Source of the DNA: Perna viridis | Lineage: Eukaryota | NCBI GenBank assembly: GCA_037379345.1 | Contig: CM074516.1 | Coordinates: 28,768,001-28,832,000 of the forward strand | Length of the DNA: 64,000 nt | Reading direction: 5' to 3' | Part shown: one piece after another, positions 1 to 13,430 of the stretch | Numbering within the stretch: the first letter of the stretch is position 1 | Layout of the letters: every line of letters begins with the position of its first letter | Position numbers and translations under genes: made by a program | Notes under the pieces: model-generated | Databases searched by the model: none | Told to the model about the DNA's origin: nothing | What the model saw: only the letters and a program-made list of their open reading frames with translations

Positions 1-954
1 TCAATCATGAGAATTTGGCAATGTTTTGAGTAGATTTCTTCCACATTGCTACACAAAGATAAAGGTTTCAAGCTGCTTTTGGGGAAATTGATTGCAGAAT
101 AAGAAATGTGCATGAGAAACTATCCAAAAAAAGAGGATGTCTTAGCTGAAGTACAAAACCTATAAAATTTATGTAGAGTGCCTTTGTGTATTGACTGGTC
201 TGAATGTGAAAGTTGGAAAATAAAACTTTTATTGTGAAATTGTTTTTATGGCATATAAAAAGATGTCCCCATATGGACTGCATAAAAATAAATATTTAAT
301 TGTGGCAATGACAGATGTCAATGGCCATAGCTGAAGAGTACTCCAAACTCTGCACTCTCAAAACAAGACAGATTTGATTTTAAATTTGCAGGTGCCCTGT
401 CTTATAGAATCCTCATTGCCAGTGGGGGAAAGATGCTATGTTATGATCCAAACAATCCTTTTCATAGTAATTGAAATTTTGACATTTGTTGACTTGAAAT
501 CTTTTCTAAATATTTTTCAAGAAATATAGCTCTGGGCCAGGAAGTATGGAAGAATTTAGGATTATCTTAAATTATAACGGCAAATATTTTTGTGGGACAG
601 CATAAAAATACGTCAGATTTAAATAAGAAAGAAGATTACCTGACTGAATGTTGTTCAGTTACGTGTTTGAAGGAATAAGACTAAAAAAGAACAAAATTTT
701 TACTGTTATATATGTATTTTAGAATGTCTTATATTTAGCAATTGTACATCTTGGCACTGGTCAGAGGTCATTATGTAGAAGACCTTTCATCTGTAGATGG
801 ATTAGTCAATCAGTCCTGCCTTTTTTTTACTCAAATATTAATAATATTAATAAAACCCCTGCATCATCTTGTAACCTACTACTTATAATTCATTTCTTCT
901 GTCACAGGTGTTTCAAATGGTTTTCCCAATTTTATCAAACAATTTTTAATGGGT

Positions 955-956
<2 letters not shown>

Positions 957-991
<35 letters not shown>
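957..991 (+). repeat. Poly-T tract
   Basis: About 35 consecutive T. Confidence 0.95.
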
Positions 992-992
<1 letters not shown>

Positions 993-3900
993 TTTCATAA
1001 ATCATGTGTATCTTCATAACTGACTTAATTTAAGTCTATAGGAGATATGTAATGATGAGGTATAATTTTTTTTTTGGTAAACTGAAGGCTTAAATGGATT
1101 TTTAAGGTGTAAAAATGGAAATTCTGAATTTGTATCCAATTTTACAGACAATGAATTTGAGTATTTTTATTGCTGTTTCTTTTAAGTTATTACATATGTT
1201 ACATAGTCTGACACACATGTATTACTTCTAATTGTTTATGATCATTTTTTACAACCACAAGGTCTTTTAATGATATATATATATTATTCCATTTTACAAG
1301 TTGGAAATTCTGAATTCATGCAATTGTTGGGTTAAAAATTTTAAAATCATTTTACAAAGAGCAATAAGAGCTAGTTACAATTATTGATTTGGTTGCCATT
1401 ACATGAGAAATTCCAATTTCATTTGAAGTAGTTTATTTAATGTTTGAACTTCTTTTGTGGTCTTACTGACATTAAGTAAACTATAAACAGATTGCTGAAC
1501 CTTTATTTAGTGGGTGATGATCAAATTTTGGACAGGAAATATTAGCAAAGATGTGAAAATAATGAGTTAGTATTAAAGTCACCTGTGACATCATGCCTCT
1601 AATAGGTTAGTGCCAATTAATGGGTTAAACAAGCACTACTGAGAGATATTAGTGAATCCCTGTGATGACTTACAAATAAACAGTTCACATTTATCAAAGA
1701 TTTGGAATTATTTCATAGCTTGATTAAAGAATTCCCCAGCATTTTATCATCAATTAAATATCAGAGGCACTTGTCTCTAATTGTAATGACATTGAAAACA
1801 TGGAATGTAGAAGTAATATCTTGTAGGTCATTCTGTGGTGACTTAATAGCCAATACTAGAGCATGATCTAGAATATATCTCATCCCATCTACAATGATGC
1901 AGATACATGTAATATATTTATATTTAATGAAACTTGTTTTACCCTTGTCATCCCTTCTTGTCTTTTAATCCGCTTTACTTCTCTTTGTATTTATTACATC
2001 TTTATCTTGCTTCCATACCACATTATAGTCCAATTATGTACTAGAGTTAAATTTTTTAGATTAGATTTTTTTAAATGAACCAGACTGCAGCATGAAAAAT
2101 TGTAAAAGTATTGAGTCTTTCCTGTAATCAATTATAACAGAGTAATATTTGGAACTAGAATGTCAGGGAGTCTGTACACTCCTACATTAAACCTAAAATG
2201 TACCTTACTACTAGATATATTTACTAAACATTCCAGTTTGAATAAAAAATTGAATTCCCCCCCCCCCCCAAAAAAAGACACTTGGCTACCTCTCTTGTGT
2301 TATTTTTTTATCTGTTTAATAGTGTATTGGTATTTCAAAGTCATTCTTCTTTCTGGATGAAGTAAATGACCATTATTTACACACTGCCCTCCCTAACAGC
2401 AAGTTTCCCTTAAGTCATTGTTGATGGTCAATTGTTCCTCAGCCAATACACAAGGGAAGTCAGAACACATCAGTTTTGGATCAATGCAATGTTGATTGAT
2501 GATAAAGACCCCTTTTGAAATGATAAAATTTAACTAATTTGTAAAGATGTAAAAGTTATAAAGTTGGTGGCCTTTAATTGCTCTTGTTGAAAGATCTATG
2601 AACTTTCTGTGAACTATTAGACCAGTTGGGTTAGATGACCTGCTGTAAGGTAACTAGGGATATGAAATCTGAATTGTTTCCTCTATAGAGAATTCTCTAG
2701 ATTGAGTCAAATTAACCTTCTGGTTTGCTGACTATACAAAGAATTTCTAGTTAATTTCTATTCTAGCATCTTTTCTGGATTGGCTCAGCCATTTTTTTTT
2801 CACTTACAAGATATCCTTAGATCGACCAAACATTACTATCTTGCATTGTATAAAATAGGTATCTGTGATTCAAACCAACTAGCTACAGTTTAATGTCTGC
2901 TTGTATACAGAAACTTTGTGATTGATCATGGTCTTAAATATTGTAGCTTGCTAGAATATCCCATGAGTATAGAACTATCTGCATGAATAAACTTGTGTGT
3001 ATAGTAAGATAGCTTCAAGTATGAACCATGGCTTTTCTGCTCATACCATTTAAATATATATTGATTCATTTACCATATTTGTTGTCTGTCACATGTTCTT
3101 TTATTTTCATGACTGTCATTCTTAAAAATGGAAATAATGTACTGTTCATGATTTTCATCAAGGTTTACCCTCAATTGCTAATGGAGGGTTACTTTGCAAT
3201 TAATAATCAAAATGTTACATGCACTCTCAACTTATACATGAAAGAAAAAATTGAGAGTGATTAATGTCAAAATTACAGGTCTTCATGTGTTCCTGGGGGG
3301 ACTTCATGCACTTTTGATGGCCTCTTAATCCATCAAATATGCACTTTGCATGTTTTGTTCTTTACCACTAGTTGTTCTATTAACCTCTACTTAAACAATA
3401 TTGGTATTCAGATAACCCTCATTGTGCAACCAGGCTCTAGATATCAGTGCAGAGCTGGAATTTTGATCATTTTCCATATTTTGATCTATAGCTCTTGATA
3501 CTAATTGTCATGGGAAAACTTTCATTTCTCAGTCATGGTTGTTGTATTTCAAATTAACAGGAAATCCAGGTTTTAGATAAGGCATGTTTGTTCACCTCAC
3601 CTGATCATCTTTATCTTACCTGTCCCATCACTGACCACTGTGTATTGCCCAGCCACACATGCTTTAACATGCACCTGTTAATTACAGATTCCTTTGATCT
3701 TGCTCACCCTTGTCACCTTAAACATGGTTCTTTGTGTAAATGGTATTTTATGTATGTTTTCTTTTCATTTCGTTGCCTTTTTGTAACAGGTTAGTTTATT
3801 GATTGTGATTTACATATTAATTTGAAATTGATATGGTACAATTTAACTCCTTTGAACGTAAGTGCAAATATTTTACAGACAATTTATGATTAAATGTACC

Positions 3901-5832
3901 TTAAGTATTGTTTAATTTAATGTCAGGATTTTTAAATTATCAATTTCCAGATTTATTTCATTGATGTATATAAGTAAGAGTTATTTCCCCTTGACCATTA
4001 AAATTTTTCATCTGAAAAATGTGGTAATTGTCACCAAATGCTAACTTTATTCATTCAAAGGCAGCATTAATTTTTACATGGAATGGTACAGGCTTAAGAC
4101 ATTTTAGATATATGATCTATATGAACAAAACAAATGCCATTATATTAAGGTGCTAAAGCCAAAGGGAGTCAAAATGATAATAAATTTCAAAATCACGAAT
4201 ACAGTTATAAAAAAAAGTTGAAAATGTGTATGTTTTGTTTAAAAACATTCCTGATTGATTATATTGAAAACTTTTTTTTTCACTAAGGCTTCATATTAAG
4301 CATTATAGTACAAAATAGTTGCATACACAATAATAAACTATACTTATCACAATAGGAAGGTAGTAACATTTGACTGCTGACATCAGTGTCTTGCTAAATT
4401 TTTAAGGCCTATTAAAGTATTTTTTTAACAATTCCTATATTCCCTATCTGTTACACTGTTTGCACAATATGTTAGGCTTTTTGGCAAGAACCTACACCTT
4501 TCTTGAATAATATAGAAAAAAATTCAGTTAAATAAGAGTTATCTCCCCTTGACTGTACCATCACAATAAAGGTTGATTTGTTTATCTTTTGTTACTACAT
4601 CACTTTTAGTTTGTTTCTGACACATTCTCTGACCTCTATAATTAAAGTTATCATTTGAAATCCTTATCCTGTGATTGTCTTTGTGTATTGGGTGACAAGG
4701 TTGCATGTTGAACAACATTTATGAAAGTCTAGGAATGTGAACTAGATTTTCTTATTGTCTATTTTTGCTGCTTAACAGGACTCATTAAGGCTATCAAGTT
4801 CATTGTTATCTAGTACTTCATTGTTGGGACTGTCTATTGTCAAAGGTTCCTGGGTGGTAATGAGGTTTGAGACAGGTTATTTTATATAACAATTGATATT
4901 TAATAAATTGTAAATATTTTTATAATTATATTTGAGAAGTGGAGTAATAATAAGTTTTGTATAGTGTCATGCTCTCTCTAAGATAAGTTGTTGAAGTAGA
5001 CAAAATTTAATTGTTTGATTTTTGTTCATGAGACAACAGTTGTAGGACCTTCATTGTAGATCACATTTTCACTACACAGTGGTGGTTGTATACTGCCTTA
5101 TAGATGGGTAAAAATGAGAAGCTGACATTCATTGTTTAAAGGCCTCTGGAGATATCACTTGATTGCAGATTTCAAAAGTGGTTTTACCCAATACACATAT
5201 TTTTTTTCAGCATTTAAAACACTTGACCTTGACTTTTGTAACCTTTGAACTTAAGATTTGTTACATTGATAGTTATCTGTGTTTAGATTTTAGCTATTAC
5301 ACCAGAAGTGACAAGAGTATCCACTTGTATGCCAAAGAAGATAAGGAAGGAAGATGTTAAAAAGGGAATGCACCTACATTTAGCACCATTGAGTAATAGA
5401 ATTTACTGAGAACCTAAAGTTAAATTAAGGGCCAATCAGCTCATTGATCAGATATAACTAGTGCATATGAATGGAAATTTTTATGAAACTTTAGAAACTG
5501 CAGGAATTGAAATGAGCTTTCCCTTGTTTGTATGTATGTTTGTAGCTTCATCTGACTTTTTGAAGGGACTGATTTCAGCTTTCCCTTGGAGAACACACAT
5601 GATTTGCTAATTTTCACATCAAACACTTAAACTTTTTTAATACAACCTGTTACAAAAGGAATATGAAACACCTAAGTATTTCTCTGGGATTTTGTTAGGG
5701 TCATTTTACTTAAAATCTTAGCAAATAGCATTTTACTCTACAGAACTATCTCTTCCTAACTGATAGTGTTTCATCCAAAGCACATAGGAAGCAAACATAT
5801 GTAAAACTAGAAAACGAAGTAATTTGTTATAT

Positions 5833-6280
5833 CATATCCCCACTCAATGAATGGATACTACATTACAATCACCTTGTCTCTTCATCCGTTAGTCTGTTTG
5901 TCCAAATTTCTTAATAGATATCTCAACTTTGATGGATGGATTGATTGAAAATCTGGTTGGTGGCTTTATATAGATGATACATAAGTTTTTCCGATACAGT
6001 CGGTATATTTTCGCTCTTTACCCTTTGACCTTAAAGACACTCTTCCATGGAAACGCAAGTCACCTGAGCAAAATTCTGTTTCCAGATTGCCAGATTGGCC
6101 AAATACTGATAACTTAGTGGGGTTCAAAAAAGGAAATTTTCCTGATGAAAATTATCTGTAAAAAAAAATTTACTGAGTCAGCTATCTCTTTTTAAAGATA
6201 GTACTTGTTAGTAATTGTAGTTACAGTCAGATGTCAACTTCCTGTTTGAAGCGGGAAGAGATATATCTAGCCCAACAATA
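5833..6280 (+). mobile_element. Decayed HINE-like element
   Basis: atatccccac...atcaccttg, catccgttagtctgtttgtcc relic microsatellite, gatggatggattgattgaaa and tttgacctt. It resembles 13128-13430. Confidence 0.5.
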
Positions 6281-8138
6281 TGTACTTTATGTTAGATTTG
6301 TTATAGCACTATGTTTCTATATTCAGTTCTATTGTAATATTGATACATGACATTCTGTGTTTGTCAATGATCAGTTTGTGGCTGTTTTCGGACATATGTA
6401 AACATATAACCCTGTTGCAAACTGAAATTTTATCGCTTATATACATGATAGAACAGTGATGTTAGCATTGAACAAAATACCACACTAGTAGATAATTCTG
6501 AATTAAAATTTTGAATTCCTATCTACATGAGAAAAGAAGACTTTTCCAATCATTCAGAAAAGTTCTCTGACTTTCTCAAGGATTATTTGTTGTTTATTTC
6601 ATGTTTGTGGTTAAATAAATTCCTTCTAGGCATGATTCCATTCTGTATGTAAACACATATAAATATACAAATGATCAGGTTTAATTGGTAAGGAATTGGG
6701 GAAGTGTTTGACATTCCATGGTAATTATCACCTCATTGGCTAAAGAAACAATAGTATGGACAACCAGCAGTGTCAGGCATGTGGCTCTTGTTCCCCTTAT
6801 CATGTGTTTAATTGGTAATATTGGTATAGAAATCTTATGTCATATGTTCTCTTTGGGTGCAGTAGTTCAAGGTTTTCAAAGTTCTTCTGGGTAGTTCGAT
6901 GACATGTTTTGAATATTTTATGGTTAAATCATTGATGTCTGGCACTGCCATATCACCAGAAACAATGGAACTACAGAGGGAGCATAAGGTCATGGTGCAG
7001 TTTTAAGGGCTACCTATCATCTGCCTTTCCCAAACCCCTCTCCCCGTAAAATTATATTTTTATTTAACATCAGATTTCTGTATAAATATGCTCCTTTTGT
7101 TTCTGTCACAATATGTCACACTTATTGTAGAAGTATTGACAACCATACTTTACCACCATTTCAATAATGCATGTACACATTTGTATAGCTTGTGGTGTTT
7201 TGACTTTTCTATGCAGCAGGGATATATAGCTATGTGTAGCAATTTTGTTTGATTATGGAACATACATATAAATTAAAGTCGGCCATTTCAGTGATTGTTT
7301 TTTAAATTTCATAACACTGATCAAATTATAATAATCTGGGTTAAGTAGAAGCTTAGAATCATGTTAATAGATTCAGTGGCCGTTTCTCACAGGTCAGGAT
7401 ATAAACAAAGTTCAATCATTTTTATACCCTTCTCATCAAAACCATGTAGACATATAAATGCCAAATAAATTTGATCAATTTAGAATTTGACTTGGCATAA
7501 AGTTGACTGAAATCTGGAATTTATAAGCTGATAAAAGCATGAAATTAGATTGTAGTTCATCTAATTATTTTACAGGTTTAATGAGTATAAAAACAAAGAC
7601 AGGATGACCTGACATGCGTCCAAACAGAGGTCAGCTGATTGTCTTCATTTTATTCATATAAGATTTTCCTGGACATTGAAACATGATGTTTATAAAGTTA
7701 TCTCCCTTCAAACAGAATAGAACAAGACCAATGGTCTGAAACTTTCATTTTTTAAATTTACATTATTCTCTCTGTATTCCTAATATTGTCACAGTTACTT
7801 TTAGATTGGCATTGCTTACTGCAATATTTTTGCATATTGTGGGATTTTTGCAGAAGTGGAATATATCGGACAGGAAGAGCAGTGGAAAGGTGTTTTAAGT
7901 TACCAATCTGATCCAATGCAAAAAAAAATATTCTCAAGTTTTGATACTATTATAGAAGAAGTTGTGTTAAAAGGTTTATGAAGGTACTTAACTTAAACTT
8001 GACTTAATTCACTGTTTCTGTTAACTATATTGTATTAGGTCCCATTAGGATTGGTGTCTAATTACAGTATTCATTTACTTATAGTTTGGAATCAACACAG
8101 GAGACAATTAACAAATTGGTTTGTGCTTTATTTCATTA

Positions 8139-8370
8139 TTTTTATGTTCTGCCTACAAAGTAAAGGGCCATAGATGTTTCTTTTGTCTGTTTGTCTGTTC
8201 ATCACTTCTGAGATAGTGTTTTTTCTATTGAAGATTAATGGGTCACTTGTGTACATGTTCATATAAAACTTCAAATTAGAATTAATTGTATTTTTGGGGA
8301 CCTGTGATGTCTAACGAGCATTTATGTTACAAAAACCACAATTTTTTGGTGTTATGTAGGAAGGGGGCTT
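8139..8370 (+). mobile_element. Decayed HINE-like fragment
   Basis: tttttatgttctgcc...gggccatag followed by a gtctgtttgtctgtt relic microsatellite. Confidence 0.35.
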
Positions 8371-10047
8371 GGTTTTTCAAACATCTGGGACATTGTTTCA
8401 ACATTTTAATTTTCAATATTAATGTTGATCCAGCTTTGTACCAAAGAGACAACCAAAAATTCATCACTGTAAACATCAATGATTGTTGAAACTTCCTCAA
8501 GTTCATAGTTGGTCAGGTGTCTTTGTATAATTTTCTATTTCATTGACACCCAATCAACTAAAATGACCTGTTCATTACAAAGGGATCTAAGGACTAAAGT
8601 AGTCAACATATTATGGGTCAACTTGACTGCAGTTGTATCCCTGCTCTTGATTTCTGCCTGAACAGGTAGCTAACCATTCTTAAGAGCAGTCAATCTATAA
8701 TCAGTAACAGGTCTTATACAATGGTTACTGTGGGGTATTATAGAGATGTCAATGGACAAAGGCATTTATATTTGTCCTGTAGGGTACTTGTTGACAACAT
8801 GTAATTCTTAGGGGGCCACATATGTTCAACTTTTCCCCCAATTTTAACAAGCAATCACTCATCCTTCAATTAATTGAACTCTTAGGCCAAGTATATGTAT
8901 TATTTTTTTTATTTATGTTCCTTCAAATGATCTCAGACAAATGTTGACAAATCTATAGAGTTTCTGTGTATGAAACGTTTTCTAATGTTTCACATAATGT
9001 TTAGCTTATTATTAAGAGTATGTTTGAATGCATGTAATTTCTGCCATAGGAAATGACACCACAATCAATCAATCAATCTTATTTCTTCATTTAAGAATTA
9101 AAAGTTTTTAATATTGAAGCAACTTACTGCTGTTCAAATTCGTTTTCACAAAGTACTTTATGTTACTACTTTTATATAAATTAACATCCTTTATATAAAA
9201 ACAATTTCTCAAAGGAATTAAGACAAAGAAGACACAGTACTTTGTTTACCTATGAATACTAATTGCTAAATCAGCAAAAATGATATCGTCAACATATCTG
9301 TTGTTTTGTTCCTGTACGTGATCGTCACTTTGATGTAAGTTTGTTGTTCAACCTAAACCACAAAAATTCACTGTGCCCTCAAACCAGGAAATAAGATTGG
9401 TATTGCCTTAATAATAAATCTCCCACTATTTTACAATGTATTGACAAAAATCAATATTATTTATTGATGTTGATTTAAATGACATGATCAGAATGATTTT
9501 GATGTATTGAATGATATTTTATGTCCCAAAAAAATTACATGATGAAATAAAATAATTGATTTGATGACATAATAACTGTCAAAGAAAAAGAGGTAAAATA
9601 ATTATCATCTTTTCATAATTTCTTTTTAAACTTGTTTTTAGATTTGTAAAATAATTAATTTTGTCTTAATTTTGGACAGTCATGAATTTATTTGAAATAC
9701 TCTTGTCAAAATTGATTATGTTACAAGTTATAAAATTGATAATTGATAGAAAAGTGAATTTCTTGAACTCTTTGATCTTTTATTTTGTCTTTTTATGATA
9801 GATTTTTAAATAATCAAGTTAAACCAACCTTTTTGAAGTGACTGTTATTGATAATGAATGGTACAGTAAAAACCATTAATACTGGAAGAATGTTGTCTTT
9901 ACCCTTTTAAACATTGTTATCTTGAAGATATTTTTTTTTCGAAGTAAGCAGTATAAACTAAATAGTCCATAATTGTCAGAGTTACTGTCCTTTTGATATG
10001 AAATTTAATGTATATAACACAAGTTACCTGCCTTACATCTATGAGCC

Positions 10048-10180
10048 CTGGGCCAAGCTTCATAAAAAAGAAAACTTAAAATGAGAGTTATCTCAGTTCC
10101 TGCCTCAACTGAAAATTGGACCAATCAGATGGATTGAATTTGAAGATTTTAGGAAATTGAGATTTTTATGAAACCCAGAT
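10048..10180. mobile_element. Decayed MITE of similar type to 35083-35210
   Basis: ctg|ggccaagcttcataaaaa ... tttttatgaaacccagat. Short inverted ends and similar size. Confidence 0.4.
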
Positions 10181-13127
10181 CACAGCTGTTAACTTGCATT
10201 TTTGTTAATTTCTAAAAATAATATAGCTCCCCACTGACAATCTCATTATGGAGATTTTTAAGTAAAAGCAGATTTTTAATGTGAAAATTCAGTTATTTAG
10301 TATTTTTCAGAATTTATAGTACAAAATGTAATTTTAACCAAAACCAACCACAAATTTTTATTTTGGAGAAGTAGAAGATGATCAGTGTCATATTTATTAG
10401 TCTGTACAATAACATAATATTTTTAGATATGGCCTGTCTGTTTGTCCATTTTACACAAACTTATTACAGCACAACTTTGAAATGTTTAATCATGGAAGGA
10501 GGTAAATATTTTAGTAAGGAGTTATTGCCCTTGGTACTTACAGGCAGGCATGAGAAATCATGCTTATAGTAATAGTTTTGCAATTATTACTATTGTTCAA
10601 AACATTTTTAACATGGATTTTCTCAAGATATTTGACCAGTGCATTCAAGGTTCATTGAAGCTGACCATCACTAAGCAATAGTGATTGATGTGACCATAGA
10701 CAATAATTATTGTAAATCCTGACTGACCCCTGTGTATTGCATTTGTTGGCCTGATTGCCTTATCAGTGGGGGGATAATTAAATGCTTCTCTGGTCAAACT
10801 GCCTCAGACTTGACCACTGATAGACAACAAGTGACTATTCAATTTAATTTTAGATGTTATGACAGTGTGTATTGGGCAGAACTAATTCTTTAAGAAATTT
10901 GATGATTGAGTGGTTGGTGTCATTGGTCAGGTCTTGAACTTGTTACCTCTTATGTTTCTACTGTGCAAAAAGGTAGCTTATTAATGGAAGTTATTTTTAA
11001 AGGGAAAATTGAGATGGATTATCTGATACTTGTCAGAATTTTAATATTATTTCTATATTTAAGATACACTTACAAAAATTTAGTTTTAATATAGTCTTAT
11101 TAATTATTGATGAATTAAATGCTCATTGCTGTTGCTTCATGTAAGAAAAAATATTCATTAATATCAACATTTATCAGCTTTACTATTTGGAGTTCAATAC
11201 TGCCCTGGACCTTTTTCAGGAAACATTATTTTTTAGTTCTTTTTTTCGGAGTTTTGTGGTATAATAATTCTCACCACCTGGAAGTTTACCTGACCATTTT
11301 ATTGCAGGAAATAACAGGTCCTGGTCAATTAATGGTCAAGTACCAGTAAGCTCATTTTACTGCAGATTCCTCTTCAATATCATCAAAACTGACAAGAAGT
11401 GACCATCTTAGATAATACCAAAATGATCAAAGGTCTATTAGACAGAATTCTAAAACCCCAAGCCATCATGGCTTATGTGGTCTGACATTCATGGAACCAT
11501 TGGAAGGGTCAAAGTTTTACTTTTTAATGGAAAAATTAATTTGATCATTATCAGAGAAGAATATAAACCTCCTTTGAAGTAGGTTTTGTGTCTGATGTAC
11601 AAAGTTTACTTGGATTATATTGTCAATTCCCTGATCATGGTCTGTGAAGCAGAATTGTTTTTATTCTTGTATTTGTGGCTCTGTCTGGAATCTATTTGTC
11701 TCTGATAGTTAGGTCTTCTGTTGGTCATGTGTATTTGTGAAAAACTGTCAATTGGTTTATAGTACCTGTATTTTGTTGGGTTTTCTTTTTTGAGTCAGAC
11801 TTCATTTGTCTCTTCTGCCCATTACAAATTTAGTTAGCCCCCTTCATTTTTTTTTACCTTTGCATTAATGAATGACTGAAAAAGACAGGCTGGCCCCATT
11901 TGTGCTTGTAGGCAGCCCCCGACTCCTAAATTTCTGGATCTACCACTGGTTAGCTAAATCATGTTTTTTTTATATATTTTATATTATATATGAAATATTA
12001 TGAATAGCTTTCAAAATTGCACAGTATACTTTGAATACTGTACTTAAGTATATTAACAATGACCACCTAATTTTAGTCTGAAACATAAGAGACTGATGGT
12101 TGTGTGGTCAACATTTTTTATAAAGAATCCAATATTTTCTCAATCTAACATATCTAAATAAAAATAGACTGTATTGATATTGTTGTCACTAATATCTGTA
12201 CTGAAAACTGGGTCAAGAAGTGGAAAATTTAGTAGAAATTTATGTTAATTTAAATACTTAAAAAAGAAATATTTGCCACCAAAATACTGAAGGTCATATA
12301 AAGTTTAAGTGTTCAAGTCAGATGCCACATTCTTACAAAAGCTAAACGGAAATTATTTTATGCGGTAATTTAAGGCCAAATTCGCTGCCATTGATATTTT
12401 AATGATCAGCTGTGGTTCCTGACAGCTACAGGTTTATACAATGTTCTGCTGTTTACAATTGTCTCAGCATTGAAATCACCGAAAACACTTGTAGCCCACG
12501 GAAAACAAATGTAAATTTTTTCATTCATCAGTCAAGTGGGGCATTAAGTAACTGTCACAAATTGGGTAAAGACCTCAAAGGCCTAACATAGTTAACAAGG
12601 ATTTTGTCTGGTCTGTGTTGGCTATATCATATAATAATACTGAACTTCATATTAAGGAATAAAAGCTACAGTGCTTGACACCCTGTTAGTCCGAAACTAT
12701 AAACAATTTTTTTTTTTTTTTTTTGTGAAGCACTAACCTTAGTGGAATTAATGTAATGTATGATACATGTAACAATAAGTAAAAATTCTATTGGAAGAAT
12801 TTATACCCAGGACTGTGTTCTACCATTCCACTTTCCCGTGAAATGGGGCAAGTGCAGTTATGGGGTGGGAAAGATGTTTATTATTTTCACTTTCCTTTTG
12901 GCAAGTTGAAAGCTTTAATTTCTTGAAGGGTCTGTTAAGTTTGGAATGCAGGGAAAGTAAAACTCCAGTAGAAACCCCAAATTTAAAAAAAAAAAAGCCT
13001 AGAACACTGCAGGATTAAAATTTCCTTCCCAATTACTAGATCTACTCCAACAAAATTGCCAGGGATGAATTTAAGGTGAAGCAATTCTAGCCAGGACTAT
13101 AGGTCAAAATCTATTATGTTTCATGTT

Positions 13128-13430
13128 ATATTCCCACTGAATGAGATGGTGGTATTTTGGAATCACCTTTTCCATCAGTTAATCTGTTTGTCTGTTGTTG
13201 AATTTTTATCATGATTATCTACACTTCCAATGGATGGATGTATTTCAAATTTAGAATGATGGGGCAAACATTGTAAGCAATTTAGATTGCTGCCTGATAT
13301 CAATTTCAGGTTTTGTAGGACTTTTCCATTTTTTACTATACATGAAACAATAGAGAAAGTTTCATCTCAGCTGGCACTGAATGGAATTTTGTAATGCAAT
13401 ACAACTGGGGGGTATATCTAACACGACAGC
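13128..13430 (+). mobile_element. Decayed HINE-like element
   Basis: attcccactgaatg...ggtattttggaatcacc, tctgtttgtctg, aatggatggatgtatttcaaa and a 3' ggggggtatatcta. Colinear with 5833-6280. Confidence 0.5.

Noticed and set aside
1801-5400. miR-1-like (tggaatgtagaag, 1801) and miR-29-like (tagcaccatt, 5381) starts
   Set aside because: Only seed-length matches, with no precursor hairpin seen.
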